Positions 13,658 through 27,179 of a DNA stretch of 64,000 nucleotides are shown piece by piece. A program made the position numbers and the translations under genes. The DNA is from Octopus sinensis (taxonomy: Eukaryota). The first letter of the stretch is position 1, and each line of letters opens with the position of its first letter. The notes below the pieces were generated by a model. The model did not search any database and had not been told where the DNA came from. It worked only from the letters and a program-made list of their open reading frames with translations. The DNA is taken from the NCBI RefSeq assembly GCF_006345805.1, contig NC_043002.1, positions 93,496,001-93,560,000 on the forward strand, in the 5' to 3' direction.

Positions 13658-16600
13658 TACATATATATATATAAATGTATATATACACATTTTATATATA
13701 TACATATTTTATATATATATATATATACATACACGTACATACATACATATTATATATATATATATATACTAGCAGCAATAGCCGGCCTTCCTCAGGGTTA
13801 AAGTGGTGTATTTTCTTTATTGTTTTACTTGTTTCAGTCATTTGAGTGCAGCCTTGTTGAATTTACTAGATGGAAACTGAAAGAAACCCATCACGTATGT
13901 GTGTGTGTGTGCGTGTGTGTGCGTGCGCGCTCACACATGTGTTCGTGAGATTGTGTATTTTCCTTTTAGCTTTTTTGGTTGTTTTTGCTAATCTAAATTG
14001 AATATATAAGAAATGCAAAAGCCAGCACAATAGTTTTCCGCATTTGATCAGTAAGGTTCTAAGAGTGAATTGAAACAGATGAGCTCGCCTACAGAATTTA
14101 TATACTAATATATGTATATACTTTACATCTTAACATGTATTGAGTACTTTATTCTTAATTTTGTAAATCAGAATACCTGATCTATCTACCCATATTTGCT
14201 GGACAATCAGTTGAATACAAGATATTTTTTCACATAAAATTGTTAGTTGAAACCTATTGTTGTTTTTAAGGAAAAATTGTACCATAACAAAATACATGCA
14301 TTCGTTCTTTTTCAATTCAATTTTGCTATCAATTAATTAATTGATTAATTTGTTTGTCAGAGTTCTTTTCATTACAGCCTGTGACCTTATTGATGATGTG
14401 TTCCTGGTGTGTTCCCCCTTCCATGCTAGTTCTTTATGCTCTCTGTTTATTTCTTGGAATCTTATGCATTGTCCTTTTTTTTTTTACTTGTCAATATTCA
14501 CAAGGTATAAACTCTGTGTGCATATGTATGTGTGTACATATATTTTTATGTATGTATAATTGGGTTAATGGTGTTGTCTACTTTTTTATATATAATAGTA
14601 TCAGTGTGTGTGTGTGTGTATGTGATATCCTCATTGTTTTGTTGAGCTGAGTTTAGATTTTTTAATTCATTGCACCTGCCCTCACACATGCATGCACACA
14701 CACATACTTGCATATGTGTGTGTATGTATAGTTATATATATGTATGTGTTGTCTTTCTGATAGGGTTTTTTTATGGCCTGTCATTCGCTCTTTATTTTCT
14801 TCAATCATGTCTGTCTCTCAACTATTAGCACAATTTGGGCTAGTAGCTCTTATATCATCATCATCATCTAATGTCCACTTTTTCCAGCCTGCTTCGGTTA
14901 AACAGAATTTGTTGAGGCAGATTTTCTATGGTCTGATGCCCTTCCTGTTACTGACCCTCATCTGCTTCGAAGCAAAGTAATATTTCCTATAACTGGACCT
15001 GTTTTCATGGAAGACTGGGAATGAACAGTCACACATGCACCCCCCCCCCCCCATACAAACATACATGTGTGTGTCTGTGTCTATACATATATAAAACATT
15101 TATAATAAGGAGAATGGAGATTTGCACATCGATAGTTGATTTTACAGTTATTTATAGCATATTACCATGATCTACGTGTGTTTCCACTGCAATGACTGTA
15201 CACTGTTGCAGATGCAACTTGGCAATATTGTCAGTGCATTTTCACCAAGATCTGTACCTTAGGACGCTTCAGATTAAAACTGGTTGATGAAAGAGAGCAA
15301 ACATGGTACCGTCGTGGATAATATATCCCTGCAAACTCACTTGCGTACATATGTATGTATTGGGTTGTCTGAAAAGTTTGTGTCGATTTATAGTAGCTTA
15401 CCTTTCAACTTATTTTAGAACATGGTTAAGTCCATAAAATAGGATTTGACTACACTTCCATTTAGAGCACAGTTTAAGCTATCTTTTCATGGAAGAAGGT
15501 TTATGTTCCTATAACCTGTGTTAATTCTGTAACCCTTTGAAATGGAAGATAAGAAAGTTCATTTTCGGCACTTGATGCTTTGGGAACCACACAAATATTG
15601 CTGCAGCTCGGCTGGGATGTGTTACCCCACCCTCCATATTCACCAGATATTGCTCCTTCCAATTTCCACTTATTCAGGTCTCTGCAGAATAGTCTTAATG
15701 GTTAAAATTTCACTGCCTTGGATGACATAAAAAGATACCTTGATGAATTCTTTGCCATGAAACCACCTCAATTCTGGGAAGAGGGTATTTTCAAGTCAAA
15801 GGAAAAATGTAGATGCATTGTGCAACAAAATGGTTCATATTTGGTTGATTAGAAATGTAATGGCAAGTATTTATTGACCTTTTTCTTTCCTTTAAAAACT
15901 GGCATGGACTTTCCAGATGACCCAATATGTATGTTCATACACAGCAGTATCAGCACCAAGCAGTGTTTAGACAAAGGCAACCTTTAGGTTAATTAGAATA
16001 TGTTTGTGAAATATTTCAACTTCAGAAAAAACTAATTCATTGTTGTTACCATGGGAAAAAAAAAAAATTGTCTCTTATGGTAAAAGGTGCAAAACACCAT
16101 ATTTGCCCAGTGTTGCTCTCCCTATCAGATTCCCAGTTGAAATGTTTTTTGCTCTTTTGCACGTGTTATTATTATTGGCATAACGACCTTCCCAAGACAC
16201 ATAATTTGGTTTCAACACACAAATTTACATCAAGAATCTTGTCAACCAAATATAAAAATGAAGCTTATTTAATTTTTTTTCTTTCTTTCATGCCTTTTTT
16301 AAAAAAAATTCTTGTCTTCACCAAAGTTTTTCTCTTTTCTGATTCAGGAAAATATCTTACCGGAATATGACTTTATTCGAGAGTATGAAGAATCAGCAGA
16401 TGATGCCAATTTACTAAAGATGAGGGAACGAGCCATTCGAGGATTTCTGGCACAAGAAGAAACTTTTATCAAATACTTAGAGCATTTAGAAAAGGTTTCT
16501 ATTGATTTTTAAAAAATTTAGTTAAAATTTTATTTATTTATTAAATAATTTTATTGTTATTGTAATCTATTTTGCTACATTACTTTGATAATAACTGTTA

Positions 16601-17949
16601 CATAAACAAAATGATAAACTTTGATTTTCCATTTCCATTTATAGGGATAATAGTTATTATGGAAGGGATTAGTAGGCTGTGAAAGACTTTTGTTTCTGGT
16701 GGGTACTGGCATAGTTGTATGATAAAGAAGTTTGCTTTGCAACCATGAATTTGATCTCACTGCATGGTGCTTTGTGTAAATATCTTCTGCCTTAGTCTCA
16801 GGTTGATCCAATGCCTTATGAAGGAAATTTTATTGAAAGAAACTGTGTATATGTATGTGTTTTTCCCTGATGTGTGTTGGTGAAGTATATAAAGATTAAT
16901 GTCAAACAAAAAAACTGCTTTACACATGAAGTCTCTGAAGATATTCGTTCTACATAGTACTAGACAATTCCTCATTAGCTTCATCATCAATAAACCAATT
17001 ATTATCCCATTGAAAACCTGTAACCAATGCATTATTGTTCACCAGTTGTGATATAAAGTAGATAAATTGTGATCCCCTTCGATCATGAATGACCATGGAT
17101 TGCGCCTAGAAAGTTACCCTCCGAGGCACAAGTCTGGGCAAGATTGATTATGGAAGACCAGCAGTTGCCCATGCATACCGGCCTCCCCTCTCCATGCCAC
17201 CGATGTTATCCAAGGGAAAGACAAAGGCCGATACAGCTTCGCATCAGTGACATCGCAGCTCATCTATTATCGTGCAAGTGGATGAGCACTCCACAGACAC
17301 GTATACCCTTAACGTAGTTCTTGGGGAGATTCAGCATGACACAGAATGTGACAAGGCTGGCCCTTTGAAATACAGGTACAACAGAAACAGGAAGAAAAAG
17401 TGAGAGAAAGTTGTGGTGAAAGAGTACAGCAGGGATCACCACCATCTGCCGGAGCCTCGTGGAGCTTTAGGTGTTTTCATTCAGTTAACACTCACAATGC
17501 CCAGTCTGGGAATCGAAACCGCAATCCTACGACCGCAAGTCTGCTGCCCTAACCACTGGGCCATTGCACCTCCACAGAGTAGATAAATAAATATTAAATA
17601 ATTCAGTTGGTTGCTAGTAGTTATATACTACTGACAAAGCCCAATGAGGCTGAAATGCGCACCTAGCATTCTCACTAGTGCTGCTGGATGAGTTTTGTCT
17701 GCTACTTATGTATTTGTGTTATTTAACGCTGTACATCCATAGGAGATATTATTTCTGGATGAATACTGCTGTTAATTTGGATTTTCGTGATGTATTTGCA
17801 TCAAGTAGGAAACACAGGTGATTAAATATTCAAATAAATGCTGATAGCAGAGGTTGTGGTTTCCGTACAGTTTTCATCTACCAATTCTACTCAAAGCATT
17901 GGTCAGACTCAAAACTGCATGGTTTTAAGCTTGCACTTACACACACACA

Positions 17950-18042
<93 letters not shown>

Positions 18043-18396
18043 TCTCTCTTACACACACAACTGTGCTCACACTCTTTGTACTTGTCACAACATGTTTTTA
18101 CTCTGATTTTGGTTTATAGGACTTTGCTTTTGGTACTTTGACCCTGATAACCAGGTAAAGGAAAGACTATTACTGACTTTTCTTGTATCTTGAGAGAGTC
18201 ATTACACCAATATTAATAGCACACACACACACACACTGGTATTTTTGTTGGATGAGCTCCATAAGTCTACTGAAATAAAATGTTGCATATGTTATTAATA
18301 CTGGTGTAATGAATCTCCTAAGACACAACAAAATTTATTTCAAAATTCATTTATTTCACGTAAAGTATCTTGCAACCTAAACAGTGGAAATTAAAG

Positions 18397-18445
<49 letters not shown>

Positions 18446-18787
18446 AATTAGAAAAAAAACACCTTTTATCAATTCAAAATGAACAATTAAATTACACCAT
18501 CTAGAAAATTACATATAATAGAAAAATTAAAATTAAAATAACAATAAAATGTCAAAGATTAAGTAAATTGCAAAAAATAATAATAAAAACGTATATAATA
18601 TTTTAATTTTAATTTTTCTATTATATGTAATTTCCTAGATGGTGTAATTTAATTCTTCATTTTGAATTGATAAAAGGTGTTTTTTTTTCTAATTTTTTTT
18701 ATATATATTATATTGTGTGAAATTTGATTTAGTATTTCTAAATTGAATTTTTTTCCTTGTAAGTTTGGATTTTATTCCCGCAAATAA

Positions 18788-18825
<38 letters not shown>

Positions 18826-20514
18826 CTGACAGCTCTTCTTATTGGATTTAGTCTTAGTTGTCAAATGCAAGGAATGTGTACATTTGAAACAAATCATATT
18901 AATTTATTGTATTGTAAATATTTTACAGCTGATGGATATGTTCAGTGCATCAGTGAACAGTAAGGACAGTATATTAACTCAACAAGATATAGCAAGCATT
19001 TTTTCCAATGTCCCCAAGATTTTGAATGTCCACAGAGAATGTGTGCTGCAGCTGACTCCAAAGGTGCAGAACTGGAGTCATTCAGAGACTGTTGGACCAA
19101 CACTAAAAGAACTTGTAAGTTTATGAGTTTCCTTCTGTCCTCTTCCTCCTCCTCCTCCTCCTCCTCCTCTTCCTCAGCCTCAGCCTCCTCTTCCTCAGCC
19201 TCCCCTCCTCCTCCCTTCTCCCCCTCTTCCTCCTCCTTCCCCGCCTCCTCTCTTCTCCATCATCATCATCATCATCGCCATCACCATCTTCACGACCACC
19301 TTCCTATATGATTAGGAAAGGTCAATTTGTCAAAAAGCAAAAGAAGTCACTACATCATATCTAAAAGGCTCTTAAACAAACTGAAAAATCCAGCAGAAGA
19401 AGAATTGATTTGGTTATTCTCAAACGAGAAAAACTTCAATTAAGATCAAAAAGTTAACAGAAGAAATGACAGATGGTTATGTGCAGACCCTTCTGAAGTT
19501 CCAAGTGTTATGTATACAAAATTTCCTGCAACTGTCATGGTTTTAGGGTCAGTAATGAAGGACATGTGATGCCTCCTTACTTCTTTCCACAAAGCCTTAG
19601 AGTTAACTCTGCTGCCTATATTGAGGTCTTGGAAATAATTGTTAAGACCTGGATAGACAGTGTATGCAATGGAAGGCTATATATGTGTTTCAGTAAGACT
19701 CTGCACTATTACACATGGCTCTAGGGATGGATGGCTGAAAATTTTCATGATCACATAACGCCTAACATTTGGCCCCTTAATTCCCCAGATCTCAATCCAT
19801 TGGACTATTACATGTGGAGCATTGTTGAGAGAGAGGTCAATGAACACGCCCATAACACCAAAGATTCTTTGAAAGCTGCCATGGTCAGAGTAATGTCCAA
19901 AATGAATCAGGACCACTTGATTCGAGCATGTAGATAATTTAGATCTCATATAGAAGTAGTTGTTGAAACTGAAGGTGGCTTTATTGAGTAACATTATAGA
20001 AATGAAGGTTTATTTTTATCCTTGTAGCATAATAAAGGTATTATCTGTTATTATATATCTGTTTTTTTTTATAAACATATATCTGTCCTCAAATATCTTA
20101 CACACACACACACATGTAGGCATGGCTCTATGACTAAGAAGCTTGCTTTTTAGCCAAGTAGTCTTGGGTTCAGCCCTACTGTGGAGCACCTTAGACAAGT
20201 GTCTTATATTATAGCAACAGGCTGATCAAAGCCTTATCAGTGGATTTGGTAGACAAAAACTGGAAGAAGACTATCATCTCTATGTATGTGTGTTTTTGTG
20301 TGTACCCTTATCTTGATATCAAGTGATGGCTGTAAAGGAGCATCACCATCATACAAGCAATGTTGTTCATTTCCAGTGTTCTGTGAAAAAATTTTCTGGC
20401 CTTGGAGAAATATTATCTTACCTCAAAATGGTGAGGGGGAGCAACAGGAAAGGCATCTGGCAGTAGGAAACTGGCCTCAACAAGTTTCATCTGACCTTGA
20501 AAGAAACCCATCAT

Positions 20515-20581
<67 letters not shown>

Positions 20582-21559
20582 TTTCTCAACTCTACACACG
20601 TGTTTCTTTGCTTGTTGTGAATAGTAGCTTTGCTAACAGCGTCACTTGCTTCCAATCCACTAAGAAAGAATATCCAAGTTTTTTGGGACATGTCTCGATG
20701 TGTTTCACAATCTTTGTAAACAAAATAGTAATTTTGGTGTCATTTTCTTTCTGGCTTCCACACAAATATATCCGAGCTGGTTGTTGTTCAGTAGACTGAG
20801 AGATCACTACCTCACTTTGAGACAGGTAAAGGTTGGCATCAGGAAGGACATCAAAACCATAGAAAACTCTACTTCAATGTAGTATTGTCTGACCTATGCA
20901 AGCATGGAAGAATACAAGTGAAAATGATGATGGTGACTCATACCAACACATAACTTTTTTGTTATTCAGTTTCATGTTTCCAATAATCATAGAAAATATC
21001 AAGTGTTCCCATTTAGTCTGATGATTAGAGCCATGAAACTATGACTAAATGAAATACAAAGTGAAACACAAAGTATTGGCTTCAACAAGCATGCACGCAC
21101 ACACACACACATACACTACCTTTAGTATTGAGTAACCTCTCTTTCTTTATTCTCTACACTCACACATTTGCCAATATTTGCATGCATGTACACACACACA
21201 AGATCACATATAAATGTTCATATTTATAAATACATACGTATATAGTTGTTTTTCGATTGACAAATTTTCAAAAGTGACTAAAGTTTGATGAGTGTCTTAC
21301 ATGAAGCTTTTGGGCTCTGAGTCATTTTTCTGACTTTCTGTAAATTAAAAAAATGAATATATATATTCATCATGTTGAACCATTAATCCCTACACATTTT
21401 TTTCTCTCTCCATTTGTTTTCCTCTCAATCTTTTCTGTTGAAGAGCATAGGCTCAAAATGTCAAAGACTTCCATTCTTCCCAAGTGTTAAACTAACACAT
21501 CTGCTTCTTGTTTCCTCACCTGTCTTTTGTTGTCTGTAAATTTGAACTATATATATATA

Positions 21560-21623
<64 letters not shown>

Positions 21624-24600
21624 TTTAATGTATTGAGTTCTGTTTGGCTTGTTTGTTCTGCAAAATCCATATATATATATATATATATACACATACATAT
21701 GCACACTGTATAATCTGTTTTATTTTTCATTTTTTTAGTTGGTACATTTTCCAGATTTTGAGGAATATTCAAAAAATTACCCAAATGCATGTGATACGGT
21801 TCTTCGATGTGCACAAACTAATAATTACTTCAAAAAGGTTGCAGAGGTAATGTAATTTTGGTTACCCCCACCTAAATTTCTTGTTTTTTATCATCCATTT
21901 AAATGTTCACATCTGTCTTTTGTCTTGGACTAGTAGCACTATGAAAATGCATTCCTTAAATGGTTTGAACTACTTGGCACCAGGAAGGTCTGCCAGCCAT
22001 ATCAGTGTTGCCAAAAAGAAAATCAAAAAGAAAAGAAAATCAGCATCATCAATGTTTAACGTCCACTTTCCATGCTGGCATGGATTGGACAGTTTGACTG
22101 AGGGCTGGCAAGCCAGAAGGCTGCACCAGGCTCCAATCTGAGCTGGATGCCCTTCCTAACGCCAGCCACCCCGAGAGTGTAGTGGGTGCTTTTTACGTGC
22201 CACCAACATGAGGGCCAGTCAGGCGTTACTGGCATCAACCGCACCCAAATGGTGCTTTTTTACATGCCACTGGCACGGGAGCCAGTCCGGCGGCACTGGC
22301 AACGATCATGCTCAAATGGTGCTTTTTATGTGTATTTCTTAACTGCACAGTCATACTTGCTCTTTGGAAGAAAAAAAGAAAATGTCACATATGCAAGATC
22401 AGAGATCAGTGGTTTTTCTTTGTTGTTAGGAGTAAGAGATGATGACCTACAACAAGTAACAAAATGCTGACTGGAACAGACTTTCCAGTTCTATATTTAA
22501 GAGATGAGGAATTATATACATTATTTACATTCGACAGATATTTGTCCTCATCTTGTTTGTTGTTAACACAACGTTTCGGCTGATATACCCTCCAGTCTTC
22601 GTCAAGTATCTTGGGGAAATTTTGAACCTGGGTTCTCATTCCTAAGGTTTTTTTTTTTTCAATGTTATTATTATTATTATTGTTAAGGTCACTGCTTGGA
22701 ATCGAACTCGGAATCTTGGGGTTAGTAGCCCACGCTCTTAACCACTATGACATATGCCCATGGGCATAAGCAGTGACCTTAACAATAATAATAATAATAA
22801 TAATAACATTAAAAAAAACAATTACCTTAGGAATGAGAACCCAGGTTCAAAATTTCCCCAAGATACCTTATGAAGGCTGGAGGGTATATCAGCTGAAACG
22901 TGTCAAAAACAAACAAGATGAGGACAAATATCTGCCAAATGTAAATAATGGAACAGACTTGTCCAACTTCTGCCAGCATTGAAAAACAGATGTAAAATTA
23001 TTATTGTCTCATTAGTTTACAGTATCAGATTCAGGAAACAAGAACCGTGAATAAAATGGTTTCAAAGAGATATGTCATTCCAATGAGATATATTTTGGGT
23101 GAAGAAAACTGGTAAAATGCTTATTGTTAGGTCAAGCATAATTCTATGAGAAGAAGAGAATCAAAAGAAGGCAAAGTTTTAGTATTGTAGAAGAGAAGAG
23201 GGAAAAAGAGAGACACAAGAAATTGTCTGCTCAAATCTGTTTGAACAAACTTTGGAAGGATTTTTGCTTAAAAGCCTCAATTTATCAGTTTTCCTACTGG
23301 TGTTTACATTGTTTATCAATATACACTGCTGAAAGATATACACATGCACATATATATATATTTGACAGGATTCCATCCTGCACACTTTACTCAATCTAAG
23401 AAGGCAAGGACTGAGATCGTTTTGGCATTATGCCAACCTTCAAGCATAGAGCCTCATGGAGGCAATGACTGAGTCCATTTAGCATTATGCCATGCTTGAG
23501 AAAGAAGACCCATCAAGCCAAGAAAAACTGCTGTTGTAGCAGATACTGGTGTCACGTAAATGGCACCTGTGTCAGTGGTACATAAAAGCACCCATTACAC
23601 TCTCAGAGTGGTTGGCATTAGGAAGGGCATCCAGCCATAGAAACCATGTCAAAAAAAAACTGGAGCCTGGTGCAGCCTTCCAGCTTGCAATCCCTGATTG
23701 GAGTTTCCAACACATGCCAACATGGACAACGGATGTGAAATGATAATGATGATGACGTACTGGTCAACCAGACCCTATGACAGAAGACATAGCAACTATG
23801 CTGTTATGAAGTGTATTTCTTAGCCACTCAGTCATACTTGCTCTTTGGAAGGCTATCATTTAATGTTATAATATCCCCTCACTTCAGTGTTTGATGTATG
23901 ATTTACAGAGAACTAATCTGTCCTTGTTTTTGTCTTCCATTCCAGGATGCATTCACAGTCCCTGACAAAGAGTCAATTAACCTTATAAGTAAGTACAATT
24001 TTTTTAACATTTGTAGATCTCATATATTTAACATTAATGTGGGCAGGACAGCAACAGAGATTCTACAAGGTTACTCTGCTTGCTGATATAGCAGAGAAAT
24101 ATCCATCAAATTACAACCTAGCATCTTCAGAAATGTGGGATGAAAACATTAGCTTATACACTTATTGCTAAAATACCTTTAATCATGTATTTATTCAATT
24201 AAATCATCAACAACCTGGCTTGCACAATTCGCTATATTCAGACAGTTGTATGTGGTGTTGGAGACTGTGTTTTATGAAGGGATGGTCTTTGTAATAACTC
24301 CACTAATTTAATGTGAATAACTCTACTTCTCAGTCACACAGCTATTCCTGAGCTTATGTAGAAAACTACCATACACTTGTGTCTGCATAATCTATATTTA
24401 TATCATTATTTATGCCCTGTCTTCACTAACATATTCTATTATCTTTGTTCTATGTTCCGTAAATATATATTTTTAAAATATAAATGTATATATATTTATA
24501 TTCAATATATCTTTATAAATATTTTTTTTTTAGCTGAGGTATATTTGAATATATCAATATATTTCTCTCTAATTTTCAGCTCTTCTCCAGAAACCCATTG

Positions 24601-27123
24601 GTCAACTTCAACAGAATGCTTCATTTATACAAGTAAACACTTTGTATTTTATTCTGAATTTTTTTTTACTTAATCAATTACCATAAATCCTCGAGTATAA
24701 TCCGCATTTTTTCCCCAAAATTTAAAGGTCAAAATCTTTAGTGCATACTATATACGAGGTTAAAAATGAAAAATATTTTCTAAGCAATGTCTGAGTCTCT
24801 ATTTGCTGTCTGGCTATGTGTATTCTGATGCATTTTGTGATGTCGGGTGCGAAAATACCTTAAGCTAAGCCTGAACGCAATGAAGTCATAAAGGGATCAT
24901 CCGTAACTTGCCGTAAGCAACATTTATTAAACGTTATTACTGTCATTTCTTTATTTTCTGCAAACAAAATGCACAAAAAAGCTACACGTTTGCATTATGT
25001 TATATATGCAATAATAATAAAGGACGTTACCGTATATATTTTTACAAACCAAGGACGTTATATAGACCTCCTTGACTCAAGTTAGAGAAGGGGTGCGTAT
25101 TATACACAAGGTTTAGGTTTTTCAGTGGTACAGCCTCCTAAAAATCCCCTGTGTATTATACTCAAGGTTTAGGTTTTTCAGAGGTACAGCCTCCTAAAAA
25201 TCCCCTGTGTATTATACTCAAGGTTTAGGTTTTTCAGTGGTACAGCCTCCTAAAAATCCCCTGTGTATTATACACAAGGTTTAGGTTTTTCAGAGGTACA
25301 GCCTCCTAAAAATCCCCTGTGTATTATACTCAAGGTTTAGGTTTTTCAGAGGTACAGCCTCCTAAAAATCCCCTGTGTATTATACTCAAGGTTTAGGTTT
25401 TTCAGAGGTACAGCCTCCTAAAAATCCCCTGTGTATTATACTCAAGGTTTAGGTTTTTCAGAGGTACAGCCTCCTAAAAATCCCCTGTGTATTATACACA
25501 AGGTTTAGGTTTTTCAGAGGTACAGCCTCCTAAAAATCCCCTGTGTATTATACACAAGGTTAGGTTTTTCAGAGGTACAGCCTCCTAAAAATCCCCTGTG
25601 TATTATACACAAGGTTTAGGTTTTTCAGAGGTACAGCCTCCTAAAAATCCCCTGTGTATTATACAAAGGTTTAGGTTTTTCAGAGGTACAGCCTCCTAAA
25701 AATCCCCTGTGTATTATACTCAAGGTTAGGTTTTTCAGAGTACAGCCTCCTAAAAATCCCCTGTGTATTATACTCAAGGTTTAGGTTTTTCAGAGGTACA
25801 GCCTCCTAAAAATCCCCTGTGTATTATACTCAAGGTTTAGGTTTTTCAGAGGTACAGCCTCCTAAAAATCCCCTGTGTATTATACTCAAGGTTTAGGTTT
25901 TTCAGAGGTACAGCCTCCTAAAAATCCCCTGTGTATTATACTCAAGGTTTAGGTTTTTCAGAGGTACAGCCTCCTAAAAATCCCCTGTGTATTATACTCA
26001 AGGGCGGACTATACTCGAGGATTTACGGTATTTAAACACTCTCTCTTTTGTGCTTATAGACAATTATGTAAATTATCATTAAACTCTAACCCCTGTGTCT
26101 TGTTGTGCCGCACTAGGTTTTTGTCTGTTATGATGTCACAAATCTACTAATGTTTTTCTGTATATTGCCATGTGAACTCTTTGATAATTCCAAAACTCTG
26201 TAAGGTTAAACTAAGTTGGTTCATATATTGTAGATTATTTGAGAAACCTACTTATGCTCAAGACAAGATGGTGTAACAATAATGAAAATGTCGTAATGAT
26301 CTATTAAATATTTTGCTTTCCTTGTTTCTATTTAAAAAAAAGAAATTGGAAACTTGTTGATCTAGAGTTTTTATTGGCTTGTTGATGGAAGTAGCTCTTC
26401 TGCAGGAGAGGTAGCTCTCCTATAGCATGAAGGTAGAGGTGGCTGATTGAACTTGAGATCAAATACATCAACTACAATTCTCAATGTAGACAGATGAAAT
26501 ATCAACTTGATCTCTGAGTTGGAATTCGTGACTGTATACTATTCTTTAGTTTTTCTATTACCCAATTTCTATTATACGCATAATTATCTTGCCTGTCTCA
26601 AGCATTTGTCCCAGTTTGATGCTTAAACAAACTATCACTGCTGCATTGATAGATTGCATTACCTATGTAACAAGACTTTTTGTTGCTTTGCAAATGAAGA
26701 GGTTAGTAGGGGTTAAATATTACAAAATGTTGAATCATTATAATAAAATATTGCTTTACTCAACACTACCAGATCAGACTGGAGCCTGGTGCAGCCCCCT
26801 GGCTTCCCAGCCCCCAGTCAAACCATCCAATCCATGCTAGCATGGAAAACGGACGTTAAACGACGATGATGATATATATATATATATATATATATATAAA
26901 GGCGGCGAGCTGGCAGAAACGTTAGCACGCCGGGCGAAATGCGTAGCTGTATTTCGTCTGTCGTCACGTTCCGAGTTCAAATTCCGCCGAGGTCGACTTT
27001 GCCTTTCATCCTTTCGGGGTCGATAAATAAGTACCAGTTACACACTGGGGTCGATATAATCGACTTAATCCGTTCGTCTGTCCTTGTTTGTCCGTCTGTG
27101 TTTAGCCCCTTGTGGGTAGTAAG

Positions 27124-27179
<56 letters not shown>

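Larger units (their letters stand above)
22490..22950. mobile_element. Fold-back element: tRNA-like head (22698-22760, - strand) between inverted about 180-bp arms containing (AAT)n and a hammerhead motif
   Basis: Arms 22519-22697 and 22768-22950 are reverse complements; centre has A-box-like TAGTGGTTAAG and B-box GTTCGATTCC. Confidence 0.75.

Noticed and set aside
14378-14406. Possible 29-nt exon (CDLIDDVFL) in intron 1
   Set aside because: Weak gtgtgt donor; it starts in phase 1 while exon 1 ends in phase 0, and there is no supporting upstream exon.
22698-22760. Functional tRNA gene (also the heads at 1846, 12051, 17573 and 28918)
   Set aside because: A and B boxes are present but there is no complete acceptor stem, and each continues into a repeat body; these are SINE-type heads.
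25107-25998. Regular array superficially like a CRISPR
   Set aside because: Units are identical end to end with no unique spacers, the context is eukaryotic, and there are no cas genes.
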